Below, one piece after another: positions 63,421 to 64,000 of a stretch of 64,000 nt of DNA. How positions within the stretch are numbered: the stretch's first letter is position 1; each line of letters opens with the position of its first letter. The stretch covers positions 104,098,001 through 104,162,000 of the forward strand of contig OZ336878.1 in NCBI GenBank assembly GCA_965287045.1, in the 5' to 3' direction. The position numbers and the translations under genes are program-made. Source of the stretch: Carcharhinus amblyrhynchos (Eukaryota). The notes beneath the pieces were generated by a model, which saw only the letters and a list, made by a program, of their open reading frames with translations, had not been told where the DNA came from and did no database searches.

Positions 63421-64000
63421 ATTTTTTTTTCTCTGAATACGTGGTAAAAATTACGTGGACACCTGATGTTGCAATGGTTTCACTGATTAACGACCATGAC
63501 AGTTTACAGTTTCACATCATTACAATCGCAACATATAGACCAATGGTGATGTAATCCAGGATTGAATTTGAGTGTCAATCTTGGAAAGGGCTAACTTGAT
63601 TTTCTGCCCTGTAGAACACAATTCATAATTCTGAGGTGTGCCAGACCAGCTAGGAAAATTAGAAAGTGCTATCTCTGCAAGATCTGCTTGAAGCATCCAA
63701 TCAGTCTGAAGTGGCTTCAGCAAATTATCATGGAGAAAGCTATTAATTTACCCAATAGTTCGTGCATAGATTTAATGCTGCAATCCCGAAGAACAAGGCA
63801 AGGCCGGACCTTCCTGACAATTCTCCATGATCAGGTGAATGATGCAAGTACATACAACGAAGAGTGGAATATTGGTTGGAATAATCCGCACCATTATGCT
63901 TATTGCTCGTAATTTCAAATTGTGTGATCCGTGGCAATGGGTGAGCCGCTTTGCTGAATATGTGCGCACAGATACTGTATAATCTAACTTAGTATCGATG

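Noticed and set aside
1-64000. Prokaryotic systems (operons, CRISPR) or a specific gene symbol
   Set aside because: The DNA is vertebrate and intron-rich. No Ig, TM or B30.2 exon is visible, so a BTN/BG symbol cannot be justified.

Overview
This is eukaryotic vertebrate DNA, most likely from a shark or other elasmobranch, judged by its repeats: tRNA-derived HE1-type SINEs, CR1, Penelope and Rex1-like retroelements. There are two N-gaps at 26523-27301. Almost all ORFs in the supplied track are decayed retroelement pieces or noise. The main signal, which the ORF track misses, is a minus-strand chain of about 27 very small exons (12-63 nt) spread from 62717 down to 610. Each has AG..GT boundaries, a length divisible by 3 and phase 1-1, and is stop-free in that frame. 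Joined, they give 726 nt (242 codons) of a coiled-coil/low-complexity protein. This resembles the heptad-microexon cytoplasmic tails of butyrophilin/BG/TSBP1-type genes. The family is not proven, because no Ig, transmembrane or B30.2 exon is in the window. Several candidate alternative terminal exons sit within the chain. The chain is visibly growing by tandem duplication: an 812-bp SINE-mediated duplication, an older ~0.6-kb duplication and a ~5.27-kb duplication. All exon calls are by eye and need RNA-seq. Repeat boundaries are approximate.
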